Shown here: positions 62,044 to 64,000 of the stretch, in pieces
How the letters are laid out: each line of letters opens with the position of its first letter
How positions within the stretch are numbered: position 1 is the stretch's first letter
Assembly: GCA_964016885.1 (NCBI GenBank)
Contig: OZ024741.1
Span: forward strand, 72,912,001 to 72,976,000
From: Eledone cirrhosa
Taxonomy: Eukaryota
Direction: 5' to 3'
Length of the DNA stretch: 64,000 bases
Notes under the pieces: generated by a model
Told to the model about the DNA's origin: nothing
The model's database searches: none
Seen by the model: the letters and a program-made list of their open reading frames with translations, nothing else
Made by a program: the position numbers and the translations under genes

Positions 62044-62200
62044 CACACACACACACATACATACATACATACATACACACATACATACATACATACATAC
62101 ATACATACATACATACGTACATACATACATACATACATACATACATACATACATACATACATACATACATACATACATACATACATACATACATACATAC
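62044..62200. repeat. (TACA)n microsatellite
   Basis: Read directly. Confidence 0.92.
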
Positions 62201-63310
62201 GACTTCATTATCTAATGCATATTTTCATTTTTAAGATGACATGATGTTAGAAAATATATTACTGCTATTTCTCGCATACAAACTCCCCCATTTTGGCTCG
62301 TAAAAGTGCCAGTTTAAGGAAAGAGCACACGAGCAGTGGAAAGTTTGTAAATTCGATTCTTATTAGAATCGCATTAGACGACTGAAGTCACAATCTTTCT
62401 CACTCAGGCGTACAATTCTGTCACTCTCTCTCTCTTCCCTTCACCCTGTCCCACTTCTCCCCCTCTATCTTCCCTTCCCCCTCTCCCACCTCTACCCTTC
62501 CCACCTCCTCTCTCAACCTCTCTCTCCATCTCTCTCACTCTCTCTCTCTTCTTATCTCACTCACACCCACATATGTAAGACTAAACAAAACAAAAAAGCA
62601 TTTTTCCATGAATATATTGATTGTTTTCTTTTTTAATTATTTCAGATTATTTGAGGAAGTTTAACAAATGTTTTTCTTTCTACAAGTCAAAGAAGTGTTC
62701 ATTATTCTTTCTTAAACATATTTCTTAGTCAGCACAATTATCTTTTACTAATTTGATTGATGTATTTATTTTTCTTTCTAAATGGACAATTTATCACATG
62801 TATCGATCTTTTTGTTGACTATAATCTTCAAATGCTTCATGCAGTTCTTTATTATAAGGAATTTATTTTCGAGTTAAAGTCTATCGGGAAATGTTAATTT
62901 TCTTTTGTTCTTTAGTAAACTATAACTTCACCAGTAATTCCCACAGGTTTAAACTAGCGCCAACTGTTGCTGTTGCTGCTGTTTTAGTCTAAGCCGGTCC
63001 ATCTTTTAAAAAGATGGTGGAATTTTTTGAGCGTTAGACGAGATGCTTTTCCATTTTTCTACCGACTTTTTCGGCTCCGGGTTCAAATCCTTCCGTGACC
63101 TATATTGGTGGTAGACTTAATCTGCCGCTCAGTTTAACACCACCACCTACCGCCTTGTGTGCCTTTAGCGGGGCCCATTCTGTTGCAAACATTCAAACTA
63201 GATCTCCAGTTTGAGGATCTCTTCTTCATATCCACCACGGAGACGCTGCAAAGGGTTATAGGCATTGTTCTTCTATTCCAGGATAAACAGTAAATGAAAA
63301 TAATAATAAT

Positions 63311-63516
63311 GATTTCTGATTTAGGCACAAGGCCAACAATTTTGGGTGAGGGGGAAGTCGATTAACTCGACACCAGTACGTTACTGGTACTTTATTTTAT
63401 CGACTCCGTAAGGATGAAAGGCAAAGCTAACCTCGGCGGGGTTTGATCTCAGAACGTAAAGGGCCGTAACTCTATGCCTCAAAGCATGTTGTTCGACGCT
63501 CTAATGATTCTGCCAA
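63311..63516 (-). mobile_element. tRNA-derived SINE, longer variant, between (AAT)n runs
   Basis: Core TTTATCGAC..AAGGATGAAAGGCAAAG and tail GGCACAAGGCC; AAT runs on both sides. Confidence 0.8.
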
Positions 63517-64000
63517 AATAATAATAATAATATTAAAATGACTGTCGGACAACCTGCAGAATTCTACCACATAGCTGACAATTGCGCTTGTTTTATAATA
63601 CACCAGCAACGTAGATATTGTTATTGCTGTTTAGACTATGGCCAGCCCTGATTGTGCAGGTGTATTTATTAACAAAGGGTATTTCAACTGTGACCATCTA
63701 GTAATTTTATTTGATGGCATCAGAGAATCTGTACATTATTCATCTATATTGTCAGCAAAGGATAAATTCCCTTGAAGAATGATTTCCTTTATCTTCGTCT
63801 ATCTTTTTCAACAGTGACTTAAACAGTATCTAATAAAAACAAAACACGCTAATAATTGAGGAAAAAAGGGAAGAAAAACAAGGGGAAATGAAAGAAGAAA
63901 AAAAATTTTAAAAAGGATGAAGCAACGATAGAAAGGGAGAGGAGGATGGACAAACACTATACCCCAGTCTGAGTGGTGCCTCAGCTGCACCCTTCTGACA

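Overview
Eukaryotic, repeat-saturated DNA with no recognisable host gene. The SINE types and microsatellite load resemble a cephalopod (Octopus-like) genome; this is an inference. About 70% of the window is retrotransposon. It holds six L1/Tx1-clade LINEs (APE+RT, three subfamilies, one with an intact ORF2), four R4/Dong-like RLE LINEs (two families, one intact 1216-aa ORF), one recent Gypsy LTR element with identical LTRs inside (TA)n, a Penelope GIY-YIG remnant with a putative hammerhead, a CRE-like RLE remnant, several tRNA-derived SINEs, a possible MITE and long simple repeats. The main pattern is that two unrelated LINE clades use the same (AAT/ATT)n microsatellite with strictly opposite polarity (Tx1 sense strand = ATT, Dong-like sense strand = AAT). 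This builds head-to-tail and nested arrays, including a 16 kb array at 26.2-42.1 kb. Other leads are a SINE 3' tail that resembles the Tx1 3' end, a Tx1 copy with a swapped 5'UTR/ORF1, conserved 3'UTR hairpins, and a putative HDV-like ribozyme at the 5' end of the intact Dong-like element.
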